Assembly: GCA_947452765.1 (NCBI GenBank)
Contig: CANGDR010000004.1
Span: 1,225-65,224 of the forward strand
Direction: 5' to 3'
Length of the DNA stretch: 64,000 nucleotides
Source of the DNA: Actinomycetota bacterium
GTDB taxonomy: Bacteria > Actinomycetota > Actinomycetes > S36-B12 > UBA5976
Shown: positions 38,000 through 46,676 of the stretch, in pieces
Layout: every line of letters starts with the position of its first letter
How positions within the stretch are numbered: the first letter of the stretch is position 1
The notes under the pieces: generated by a model
What the model saw: the letters and a program-made list of their open reading frames with translations, nothing else
Told to the model about the DNA's origin: nothing
Database searches by the model: none
Program-made: the position numbers and the translations under genes

Positions 38000-39796
38000 G
38001 TGCGAGAAATTAGTCAACCGACTCAAATGGCAACAATATCTGACGGAAATCTAACCGACCATATTGAATTTAATGCCACCTACCACCCAAACTTCGAATC
38101 AGCCTCGATCCAGATTGATGGAACCTGGACACCCGTTCGGGCCCTGGAGTTTCGCTCGCTTATTCGCAGTGTGGCGAAAGGTTTAATTGCCGAAGGCATT
38201 AAGTCAGGTGACCGAGTCGGAATCTTTTCTCGGACTAAATACGAATGGACGGTAGCTGACTACGCAATCTGGTACGCAGGTGGTGTAACCGTACCGATCT
38301 ATGAAACTTCTTCACCAGAACAAGTCCAGTGGATTATGTCTGATGCACATGTTGTTGCCACTTTCTTTGAAGCGCAGCGAACTACCCATTCTTTTCAAGT
38401 TATCGCTGAATCTGTCCCGCACATGAAACATAGTTATATTTTTGCCGACAACGCCTTTGATGAGTTGATTCGCAAAGGCTCTGGTATCTCTGACTCCGAT
38501 CTGGATGCGCGTCGAACAATTGCGCAAATCGACGACGTGGCCACAATTATTTACACGTCCGGCACAACAGGTCGGCCAAAGGGTTGCATACTTTCTCACG
38601 GCAACTTTATGACCGAAGTTGAAACCTTAATCTATGGAATTCCAGAAGTATTTGAGCGCGAGGATGCTTCCACGCTGATCTTCTTACCACTTGCACATGT
38701 ATTCGGAAGAGCGATTCAAGTTGCAATGATCCGAGGAAGAGTCACTATTGGCCATTGCCCTAATCCGGTTTCGCTACTTCGTGATCTTGAATCATTTAAG
38801 CCGACCTTCCTGCTCGCGGTACCTAGAGTTTTTGAAAAAGTATTTAACGGCTCCGCGGCTAAAGCGCACGATGCAAGTCCAGCGAAAGGAAAAATATTTG
38901 ATCAAGCGGCAGCAACTGCGATTGCCTACAGTGAGGCAATCGAATTGGGAAGAATCCCGACGTCGCTAAAGCTTAAGCATGCTGTATTCGACAAATTGGT
39001 CTATTCAAAATTACGTCACGCGATGGGCGGTCGAGTAACGCATGCAATATCTGGTGGTGCATCTCTAGGCGCTCGACTAGGACACTTTTATCGAGGTCTT
39101 GGGCTAATAGTTCTAGAAGGTTACGGACTAACGGAAACTACAGCTGGATCGACGATAAATACCCCGTCAAAAATAAAGATTGGAACAGTTGGCCCAGCTT
39201 TGCCGGGCACTGGCGTGCGAATTGAATCGGATGGCGAGATATTGCTGCATGGTGGCCATGTTTTCCAGGGGTACTGGAACAACCCAGAGGCTACCGCCGA
39301 GGTCATGGCCTCTGACGGTTGGTTTCGGACCGGAGACATCGGCGAACTCGACGCTGAGGGCTTTCTGAAGATAACTGGACGTAAGAAGGAAATTCTGGTC
39401 ACTGCAGGTGGTAAAAACGTAGCTCCTGCTGTACTTGAAGATAGATTGCGCTCAAATCCGATTGTAAGTCAATGCGTAGTGGTTGGAGATTCCAAACCAT
39501 TCATCGGAGCGCTGATCACTTTGGATATGGACGCGTTGCCGCAAATTTTGGCCGCAAATGATATCGAATCAGCGCCAATGGAAACTTTGATTATCGACTC
39601 TGAGGTTAGGGCGCTTGTTCAAAAAGCAGTCAATGTAGCTAATGAGGCTGTGTCCAATTCAGAAGCAATCAAGAAGTTTGTGATATTGCCAAGCGATCTA
39701 ACCATAGAAAATGGATATTTAACCCCGAAGTTGAGTATTAAGCGACATGAGGTAGTTAAAGACTTTGCGGCACAAATTGAAAGTCTTTACAGCTAA
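38000..39796 (+). CDS. fadD: long-chain fatty acid--CoA ligase (AMP-dependent synthetase, FadD15-like)
   Basis: 598 aa. AMP-binding motif IYTSGTTGRPKG, plus GYGLTET and TGDIGELD. Confidence 0.88.
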   Translation: MREISQPTQMATISDGNLTDHIEFNATYHPNFESASIQIDGTWTPVRALEFRSLIRSVAKGLIAEGIKSGDRVGIFSRTKYEWTVADYAIWYAGGVTVPIYETSSPEQVQWIMSDAHVVATFFEAQRTTHSFQVIAESVPHMKHSYIFADNAFDELIRKGSGISDSDLDARRTIAQIDDVATIIYTSGTTGRPKGCILSHGNFMTEVETLIYGIPEVFEREDASTLIFLPLAHVFGRAIQVAMIRGRVTIGHCPNPVSLLRDLESFKPTFLLAVPRVFEKVFNGSAAKAHDASPAKGKIFDQAAATAIAYSEAIELGRIPTSLKLKHAVFDKLVYSKLRHAMGGRVTHAISGGASLGARLGHFYRGLGLIVLEGYGLTETTAGSTINTPSKIKIGTVGPALPGTGVRIESDGEILLHGGHVFQGYWNNPEATAEVMASDGWFRTGDIGELDAEGFLKITGRKKEILVTAGGKNVAPAVLEDRLRSNPIVSQCVVVGDSKPFIGALITLDMDALPQILAANDIESAPMETLIIDSEVRALVQKAVNVANEAVSNSEAIKKFVILPSDLTIENGYLTPKLSIKRHEVVKDFAAQIESLYS

Positions 39797-39804
39797 GTGG
39801 CATC

Positions 39805-41001
39805 TTGACAAAAAATTCACGGTTACCGCTGCTGGCTTTCGCTTGGGTTATCACCCGAGTCTGGGCACTATCAAGTGGTTACCAGATTTTGCCTTACCCA
39901 AACTCTCAATACCTGTTCAGTGACGTCCGCCTTTACGACTGGTGGGCCGGCAACATTGCCGATGGCCATTTCCCGATTAATGACCCAATGTGGCAATACC
40001 CTCCCTTAGCAGCATTAGTTTTCTTGGCCGGATATCTAATTGCAGGCAAAACCATAGGCTTTGTATTTCTAGCCTTACTGGCGGATTTTGCCATCTTTGC
40101 GTTGCTGAGCAATCAAGTAATTAAGTCTAGAAATGGAAACGTAATTCCAGTAATGATCTGGGTTGCCACTCCACTATTAATGGGTCCAATAATTCTTGGT
40201 CGATTTGATGTATTTCCAACCTTGGCAGTCGTAGCTGCACTGTTGTACTCCGGATCTCCCCGCGCATTTGGAAGCCTTAGTGCAATTGGAACACTCTTGA
40301 AAGTGTGGCCAGTTTTGAATTTGATTGCCACACCACCGACAAAATTTATTAAATCCACACTTTGGTTTCTGGGTACTTTCTTTTTGGGTAGCGCATTACT
40401 GACAATCTGGTGGCCAAACAGTTTCACATTCATCGCAGGTCAAAAGTTGCGTGGGCTGCAAATAGAATCTGTTGGAGCGTTGCCATACATGATATGGAAT
40501 GCGGGCACGGGTTCGACTACGTCAGCGTTTCAGTTCGGTTCAATTGAAGTTGTTGCGGCTGGGACTGGAGTCGTTTCGCTAGTTATGACTCTGATTGGAA
40601 TTGGTTTACTAGGAACGTTGATCACTTGGCGTTTGACTGGAAAATTAACTAATGTCTCGCCACCCGACATCGTGCTTTTGGCTGTTCTAATTTCAATGTG
40701 CACCAGCAGGGTACTGTCACCGCAATATATGGTCTGGGTTTTTGGAGTTCTGGCCCTATCTGCATTCAAGCCACAACCAAATTTTAAGAAACTGGTTGCC
40801 CTAATTTTTACAAGTGCCTTTATTGGCCAACTTATTTACCCTTGGCTTTACATCGAATTTCAGCAAGGCGAAGTTCTGCCTACAGCCGCTCACTTAATTA
40901 GGGTTGTTGCGTTGCTAGTTGCTACCAAAATATGTTGGGACAACATCAAAGGCGCTCTTAAGCAAGAGCATCCGGATCCTGTCCATGCAGAAGCGAATTA
41001 A
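39805..41001 (+). CDS. GT87/DUF2029-type polytopic membrane glycosyl(mannosyl)transferase (Rv2181-like)
   Basis: 398 aa with more than 9 TM helices. YDWW..N...G.FP near the N-terminus and an LLKVWPV block. Position next to fadD/pimB as in mycobacteria. Confidence 0.65.
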   Translation: MTKNSRLPLLAFAWVITRVWALSSGYQILPYPNSQYLFSDVRLYDWWAGNIADGHFPINDPMWQYPPLAALVFLAGYLIAGKTIGFVFLALLADFAIFALLSNQVIKSRNGNVIPVMIWVATPLLMGPIILGRFDVFPTLAVVAALLYSGSPRAFGSLSAIGTLLKVWPVLNLIATPPTKFIKSTLWFLGTFFLGSALLTIWWPNSFTFIAGQKLRGLQIESVGALPYMIWNAGTGSTTSAFQFGSIEVVAAGTGVVSLVMTLIGIGLLGTLITWRLTGKLTNVSPPDIVLLAVLISMCTSRVLSPQYMVWVFGVLALSAFKPQPNFKKLVALIFTSAFIGQLIYPWLYIEFQQGEVLPTAAHLIRVVALLVATKICWDNIKGALKQEHPDPVHAEAN

Positions 41002-42112
41002 GACGCGCAAAACTGTGATCCCAGGTCCACGATTGGGTTACCCAATCGCGACCTGCCGCACCTAGCTGTTTTGCCAGGCCTGCATCTGAAAGAATTTTAA
41101 TAATTCGACTTGCAACTGCTTCTTGACTATTTCCATCCACCAAGAAGCCGGTCACGCCATCTTGAACGGCGTCCACTGCGCCACCGGAGTCACCTACAAC
41201 GACTGGAAGCCCTGTGGCTGACCCCTCCAGAAATACAATTCCTAATCCTTCTACATCCCATCCGCCCATTCGCGTCCGACAAGGCATTGCAAAGACATCA
41301 CCGGCTGCGTACCAATGAGCCAACTTTTCTTGATCCACTTTCCCCGTGAAATGAACGTCGCCACTTAGATTTAGATGCGAAACCATTTTTTCAAGGTCTG
41401 GCCGATAGGGTCCATCGCCTACGATGATCAAAGCCACATTAGGAATGGCTTTGGCAATTTCTGGCAGAGCCTCAATAAGTGTGTCTTGACCCTTTCGAGC
41501 CATTAAGCGCGACACGCAAACTATTACCGGCCGATTACCCAAGCCAATTTGTTCGCGTAATAATTTTCCTTCAACTTTATTTCGCGGATTGAATTCAGTT
41601 ACGTCAACACCTGGAACCACCGCTCGCATTTTTGCTGCGGCTTCAGGACTTAAGGCTTTCCCAATTTTTGACTTGGTATACCCACTTATATAAGTAAGCG
41701 TGTCTACATCGTTTCCGATTTTCCGAAGCGCTTGTCTGGTCCCAGGAGTCATTGCCCATCCAGTTTCATGGCCCTGGGTCATGCCGACAATGTGTTCCAC
41801 CCCAAGCTCTCGAAGTGGTTTTGCAAGCAATCCAAGCGGGGCTGCTGCCCCAAATAAGACTCGAGTGACATTTCCAGAAAGTACCAATTGGCGTGCCAGG
41901 TGCAGCGTTTTTCTTGTTGGCAACAAGGTTTGCGTACTTGCCCTTACGATCTCGAAACTTTGGGCAGCATCAAATTTTTCGCACTCGTCCCAAGTTGAAG
42001 TCAGGACTGTTACCGATGCTGGATCAAACCGGCGCACCATCTCGAAACCAAATGTCTGGATTCCACCTGGTCTAGGTGGAAAATCATTTGTGATGACTAG
42101 CGTGCGTCCCAT
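40958..42112 (-). CDS. pimB: GT4 glycosyltransferase, PimB'-like (GDP-mannose-dependent phosphatidylinositol mannoside mannosyltransferase)
   Basis: 384 aa. E-x7-E region EGLGIVFLEGSATGLPVVVGDSGG. Syntenic with Rv2188c. Confidence 0.7.
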   Translation of the reverse strand: MGRTLVITNDFPPRPGGIQTFGFEMVRRFDPASVTVLTSTWDECEKFDAAQSFEIVRASTQTLLPTRKTLHLARQLVLSGNVTRVLFGAAAPLGLLAKPLRELGVEHIVGMTQGHETGWAMTPGTRQALRKIGNDVDTLTYISGYTKSKIGKALSPEAAAKMRAVVPGVDVTEFNPRNKVEGKLLREQIGLGNRPVIVCVSRLMARKGQDTLIEALPEIAKAIPNVALIIVGDGPYRPDLEKMVSHLNLSGDVHFTGKVDQEKLAHWYAAGDVFAMPCRTRMGGWDVEGLGIVFLEGSATGLPVVVGDSGGAVDAVQDGVTGFLVDGNSQEAVASRIIKILSDAGLAKQLGAAGRDWVTQSWTWDHSFARLNSLLHGQDPDALA

Positions 42113-42174
42113 GCCTACATCCTGCCCTAATTAAGGCCTCCCCTGTGTTTAGGTATTCCCGGAATATGGGTTTG

Positions 42175-42396
42175 CTATTGGGCAATCACGTTCGAGACCT
42201 TGTCGGTAATTAGGTCTACGTTTTTGCCATCGCCTTTGATCAGTCGTAGCGGAGCAACCAATCCAGAATGAGCCAATACTTCCAAAATCTGTTTGTGGTC
42301 ATCAATGGAATCAGGCATAGGACCCAGCAAGGCTGTAACCACACAGTCCGAACAGGCAATATTTCGCATCACACAAGAATCGCAATCGATCAACAT
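42175..42396 (-). CDS. small Cys-rich protein (CxxC-x6-CxxC), function unknown
   Basis: 73 aa beginning MLIDCDSCVMRNIACSDCVVTALLG. Strong GGAGGA 5 nt upstream of the ATG. Confidence 0.6.
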   Translation of the reverse strand: MLIDCDSCVMRNIACSDCVVTALLGPMPDSIDDHKQILEVLAHSGLVAPLRLIKGDGKNVDLITDKVSNVIAQ

Positions 42397-42586
42397 CTAA
42401 GTCCTCCATAGGGTTAAGCGCTGTTACTAATTACCGTACGGAACTGGTCAGACAGTTCTACTTGAGCACAAAAACCCTACAAACATTGAGAAATTTCCCT
42501 AGCAATGGCTCTCTATTGCCAGAAACTACAACGGTTTTCGCAAAATTAGTGACCAGCTAAACGACGCTTTAATAATAAATATTTAA

Positions 42587-43675
42587 TTAATCGGCAGCCA
42601 GCGCGTAGCGCTGGCTAATAGAGACCCAAACGTCAAGTACGGATTCGGCAGCGCCACTATCTAAAGATTGGTAGGCGACCGGTAGCGCCGCCCAAATTCT
42701 GGAAACGACTGAATTCGATACTGGCCCAAAATTCGGTGATCCAACGGCAGCGTCATACGCAACCATAGTTGCAGCTGAATTCAATGCGACCACATCACGA
42801 ATCGCCTCAAAGTCACCGTCGCTTCGACCAGCAAAAATGGCTCGCGCTACTTCAGCGTTATGTCTGGCATCCCCACCACGCAACTGTTCTAATGTTGCAG
42901 ACTTAATCCTCAATTCAGCTGGATTAAGTTTTTCATGTCGAAGCTCTCCGGAAGTTACATCCCAAATATCGGTAACTGCCGATGTAGAAATTTCATCTAG
43001 CCCATCTTCGCTTCTTACAATTATTGATCTAAATCCGCGATCTAACTGAACTTGAGCAAGCACTGGTGCCAACCGAATATCGGCACAACCCAAAAGGGAG
43101 GCAGCTGGTTGGCCCGGATTCGCTAACGGACCAAGCACGTTAAAAACGGTTGGTACACCAAGTTCCTTGCGAACTCCGGCGGCATTTTTTAATGCTGGAT
43201 GGTGATTTGGCGCGAAACAAAATGCTATTCCAGCTTCAGCGAGACAGGAGGAAAGCAATTTGGCTGGCATGTTTATAGCAACGCCCAACGCCTCAAGAAC
43301 ATCCCCTGTCCCTGACTTTGAGGAAATAGCACGGTTCCCATGCTTTAAAACTGGATACCCAGCTCCGGCTACAGTTAGCGCTGACATTGTCGAAATATTG
43401 ACGGTGTGTGCACCATCGCCGCCAGTACCAACAACATCCACAGCATTGCGATCAAGATTTACTCGGATGGCTGCATCTAACATCGCTTCGACCATGCCAG
43501 TCACTTCTGCGGCTACTTCGCCTTTTACTCGCATCCCCATGACCAAGCCGGCGATTTGCGCATCCGTTGCGGTGCCAGACATCATCGCCGACATTGCCCA
43601 ATGAGCTTGTTCTTTAGTTAAGTCATCTCGAGCGACAATTACGCCAAGAATTTCTTTCCAGGAGTACTCAGGCAT
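42587..43675 (-). CDS. trpD: anthranilate phosphoribosyltransferase
   Basis: 362 aa with VGTGGDG, KHGNRAISS and GPLANP motifs. Confidence 0.95.
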   Translation of the reverse strand: MPEYSWKEILGVIVARDDLTKEQAHWAMSAMMSGTATDAQIAGLVMGMRVKGEVAAEVTGMVEAMLDAAIRVNLDRNAVDVVGTGGDGAHTVNISTMSALTVAGAGYPVLKHGNRAISSKSGTGDVLEALGVAINMPAKLLSSCLAEAGIAFCFAPNHHPALKNAAGVRKELGVPTVFNVLGPLANPGQPAASLLGCADIRLAPVLAQVQLDRGFRSIIVRSEDGLDEISTSAVTDIWDVTSGELRHEKLNPAELRIKSATLEQLRGGDARHNAEVARAIFAGRSDGDFEAIRDVVALNSAATMVAYDAAVGSPNFGPVSNSVVSRIWAALPVAYQSLDSGAAESVLDVWVSISQRYALAAD

Positions 43676-43686
43676 AACGCAGTCGA

Positions 43687-44094
43687 TTAAGAAACGTGAG
43701 CTTGCGTTTGCAGTAACCCAAGAGCGGCACCCACAAGTGCCCGTGGATCGATTGGGTGAGCAACTATGGCATCAGCGCGCGACCAGGTAGCTAACCAGCG
43801 ATCGTCAACTCTGCCCACTAGTACCAAAATCGGCGGGCAGTTATAGATTTCGTCCTTCAATTGGCGGCAAATACCCATGCCACCAGCAGGCGTAGCTTCG
43901 CCATCCAAAATGATCAAATCAAAGGGTTTTTTGTCCACAGCGGCAATCACGGCCGGCTCGGTGGCACATTCTAGGATTTCCACATCGTTAATATCTTCGG
44001 AAGGTCTACGTCCCAAGGACATTCTGACCGATGCTCGAACTGTGGAGTCGTTGCTGTACACGAGCACCTTGAGGGTTCTAGTTGTCATAGCCAC
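43687..44094 (-). CDS. stand-alone response-regulator receiver domain protein (atypical)
   Basis: 135 aa. KVLVYSND (beta1) and DLIILDG (phospho-acceptor Asp) are present. The conserved Thr/Ser (VLVGR) and Lys (AHPID) positions look substituted. There is no output domain. Confidence 0.7.
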   Translation of the reverse strand: MAMTTRTLKVLVYSNDSTVRASVRMSLGRRPSEDINDVEILECATEPAVIAAVDKKPFDLIILDGEATPAGGMGICRQLKDEIYNCPPILVLVGRVDDRWLATWSRADAIVAHPIDPRALVGAALGLLQTQAHVS

Positions 44095-44151
44095 GAGGAA
44101 AGCGTATCTGACTGGCAGGGTTAGGGGTAATCCAAGGTCGCTTAATGACCC

Positions 44152-44817
44152 ATGTCACATCGCCCAAAATATGCCATCCCCGTGGGGTTTTTTGCCCTTG
44201 GTTTGAGTAAACTCGAGACCGTGAGTACAGTTTCCGCAGTCCGTGTCCCAAGCCAAGCCGAACGACCAAATATGGTCTCTGTCGGCACGATCATTTGGCT
44301 ATCCAGCGAACTAATGTTCTTTGCCGCACTCTTTGCTATGTATTTCACACTGCGCTCCGTAAACCCAGGTGTCTGGGCCGAGGAGGTAACAAAACTAAAC
44401 ATTCCCTTCTCTTCAGTAAACACAACAGTCTTGGTACTTTCAAGCGTTACCTGCCAACTTGGCGTATTTGCTGCCGAACGTGGTGACGTAAAGGGGCTTC
44501 GTAAGTGGTTCACTATTACGTTGTTAATGGGTACCTATTTCGTTTCTGGTCAGATTTATGAATACGGCAATTTGGTTCGTGACGGCCTGACCCTTTCCTC
44601 TTCGCCATACGGCACGGCGTTTTACTTAACTACCGGTTTTCACGGTTTGCACGTTACTGGCGGTTTGATTGCATTTTTGTTCGTTCTCGGCCGCACTTAC
44701 AAAACCAAGCACTACACCCACAAACAAGCAACGACTGCGATTGTCGTGTCGTACTACTGGCACTTTGTTGACGTAGTTTGGATCGCCCTATTCGCAACGA
44801 TCTACCTAATTAAGTAA
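44152..44817 (+). CDS. ctaE: cytochrome c oxidase subunit III
   Basis: [28 protein letters not shown] closely resembles actinobacterial CtaE. The coordinates give the maximal ORF. GTG 44221 (198 aa, [23 protein letters not shown]) is probably the true start. Confidence 0.9.
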   Translation: MSHRPKYAIPVGFFALGLSKLETVSTVSAVRVPSQAERPNMVSVGTIIWLSSELMFFAALFAMYFTLRSVNPGVWAEEVTKLNIPFSSVNTTVLVLSSVTCQLGVFAAERGDVKGLRKWFTITLLMGTYFVSGQIYEYGNLVRDGLTLSSSPYGTAFYLTTGFHGLHVTGGLIAFLFVLGRTYKTKHYTHKQATTAIVVSYYWHFVDVVWIALFATIYLIK

Positions 44818-44856
44818 AACTTCACAACACAACAAAGTAGATAAGGGAAGATTTCC

Positions 44857-45633
44857 GTGGCTTTAAGTCGTAGACATCCAGCAGCACTGTTTGCAGTTCT
44901 AGCTGTCGCGCTAGGCACTACTGGCGCTGCATACGCAGCAATTAGTACTGGGACCGCACCAAAAACTGGTGCTGCTTCCCAAACCCAAGTCGAAGAGGGT
45001 AAGTCACTTTTCCTCGAAGGTTGCTCATCATGTCACGGGCTAGCGGCTCAAGGTTCCTCCGACGGCCCTTCACTAATTGGTGTTGGCGCAGCTGCGGTTG
45101 ACTTCCAAGTTGGAACCGGCCGTATGCCACTTGCTGCACCTGCGATACAAGCAATGCCAAAAACCCCCGTCTATAACGAGGAGCAGATTGCGGCACTTGC
45201 CTCCTACGTAGCAAGCCTTGGTCCTGGTCCGGCAATTCCAACCTCCGAAATGGTGGACACCTCAGGTGCGGATTTGGCACTTGGTGGCGAACTTTTCCGA
45301 ACTAACTGTGCTCAGTGCCATAGCGTCTCGGCAAAGGGTGGGGCGCTATCCCAAGGTCGCGCCGCTCCCAGCTTGATGAACGCCCAAGGTAAGGAAATTT
45401 ACGAGGCCATGGTTACTGGCCCGCAATCGATGCCAATTTTCAGCGACAAGATAATGACTTTGCAAAACAAGAAAGACATAATCCGATACCTGCAGGAACT
45501 TCAAAAGAATCAAAGTCCGGGTGGCTTTAGTTTGGGTCGCCTTGGTCCTGTGACTGAGGGACTATTCCTGTTTATCGCAGGTCTTGGCGCACTGATCGTT
45601 GCTGCGATTTGGATTGGAGCAAAGGCTAAATAA
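44857..45633 (+). CDS. qcrC: cytochrome bc1 complex dihaem cytochrome c subunit
   Basis: 258 aa. Signal/TM segment and two haem c sites, CSSCH and CAQCH. Confidence 0.93.
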   Translation: MALSRRHPAALFAVLAVALGTTGAAYAAISTGTAPKTGAASQTQVEEGKSLFLEGCSSCHGLAAQGSSDGPSLIGVGAAAVDFQVGTGRMPLAAPAIQAMPKTPVYNEEQIAALASYVASLGPGPAIPTSEMVDTSGADLALGGELFRTNCAQCHSVSAKGGALSQGRAAPSLMNAQGKEIYEAMVTGPQSMPIFSDKIMTLQNKKDIIRYLQELQKNQSPGGFSLGRLGPVTEGLFLFIAGLGALIVAAIWIGAKAK

Positions 45634-46676
45634 TGAATGAATTAGAACACCACTCAGGTGACCCCTACGGTGCAAAAGACGGCAAAGACTTAGTAAGCGG
45701 CATCACAGTCTTCCCAATGGAAGAACATGTGATGCGTCGGGCTGACATAGACCCGAAAGCCGCAACTCGTGCCGAGCGCCAGGTTGCAACTATGTTTACC
45801 CTCGCGATCCTTTCAGTTTTTGCGTTCGTGGTTTCGTACGTAAAAATCCCGAATACCAAAATGATCGACGTTCCGATCCTTGGTGCAGCCAATGCAAATC
45901 ATGTTGCAATTGGCCTCTTCTTCGGTCTCGCAATTTTGCTAATTGGTGTTGGCGCAATTCACTGGGCGAAAAAGTTAATGCCCGACGTGGAGGTCATCCA
46001 AGAACGTCATGCCCTAACTTCAAATGACACCGAACGCGAGGCAGTTGCCTCAAGTTTCCAGCGCGGTAAAGCAGAGTCTGGGTTTGCCGAACGAAAATTG
46101 ATTCGCCGGACCTTGCTTGGTGCAATGGCGCTATTCCCTATCCCACTAATTGTCATGCTGCGCGACTTAGGTCCGATGCCCGGCACTCGACTTCGCGAAA
46201 CTATCTGGGACAAAGGCATCCATTTAGTTACCGACGTGACCTACAACAAGATCAAGGCTTCAGATATTCCAATTGGTGGACTAGTTAACGCTGTTCCAGA
46301 AAACCTGCTCAAAATTGAAGAAGAAGATGGCAATCTGAACGAGCGCGGCAAGGCTTCCATCATTTTGGTACGCATGGATCCGGCTGAAATCGTCTCGCAA
46401 CAAGGAGAGGCATGGGATTACCAAGGTATCTTGGCGTTCTCGAAGATCTGTACCCACGTTGGATGTCCGATTTCGCTTTACCAACAACGCACTCACCACT
46501 TGCTGTGTCCGTGCCATCAGTCTACGTTTGACCTATCAAACTCGGGCAACGTGGTTTTCGGACCAGCCGCACGTCGCATGCCACAACTTGCGATCACGGT
46601 AGATTCCGAGGGATACCTAATTGCCCAGAGCGGATTTAAAGAACCTATTGGACCTAGCTTCTGGGAGCGCGGATGA
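45633..46676 (+). CDS. qcrA: cytochrome bc1 complex Rieske iron-sulfur subunit
   Basis: 347 aa. Rieske boxes CTHVGCP and CPCHQSTF. Confidence 0.94.
   Translation: MNELEHHSGDPYGAKDGKDLVSGITVFPMEEHVMRRADIDPKAATRAERQVATMFTLAILSVFAFVVSYVKIPNTKMIDVPILGAANANHVAIGLFFGLAILLIGVGAIHWAKKLMPDVEVIQERHALTSNDTEREAVASSFQRGKAESGFAERKLIRRTLLGAMALFPIPLIVMLRDLGPMPGTRLRETIWDKGIHLVTDVTYNKIKASDIPIGGLVNAVPENLLKIEEEDGNLNERGKASIILVRMDPAEIVSQQGEAWDYQGILAFSKICTHVGCPISLYQQRTHHLLCPCHQSTFDLSNSGNVVFGPAARRMPQLAITVDSEGYLIAQSGFKEPIGPSFWERG

Noticed and set aside
44142-44513. 123-aa minus-strand ORF
   Set aside because: It is antisense to ctaE, whose identity is unambiguous.
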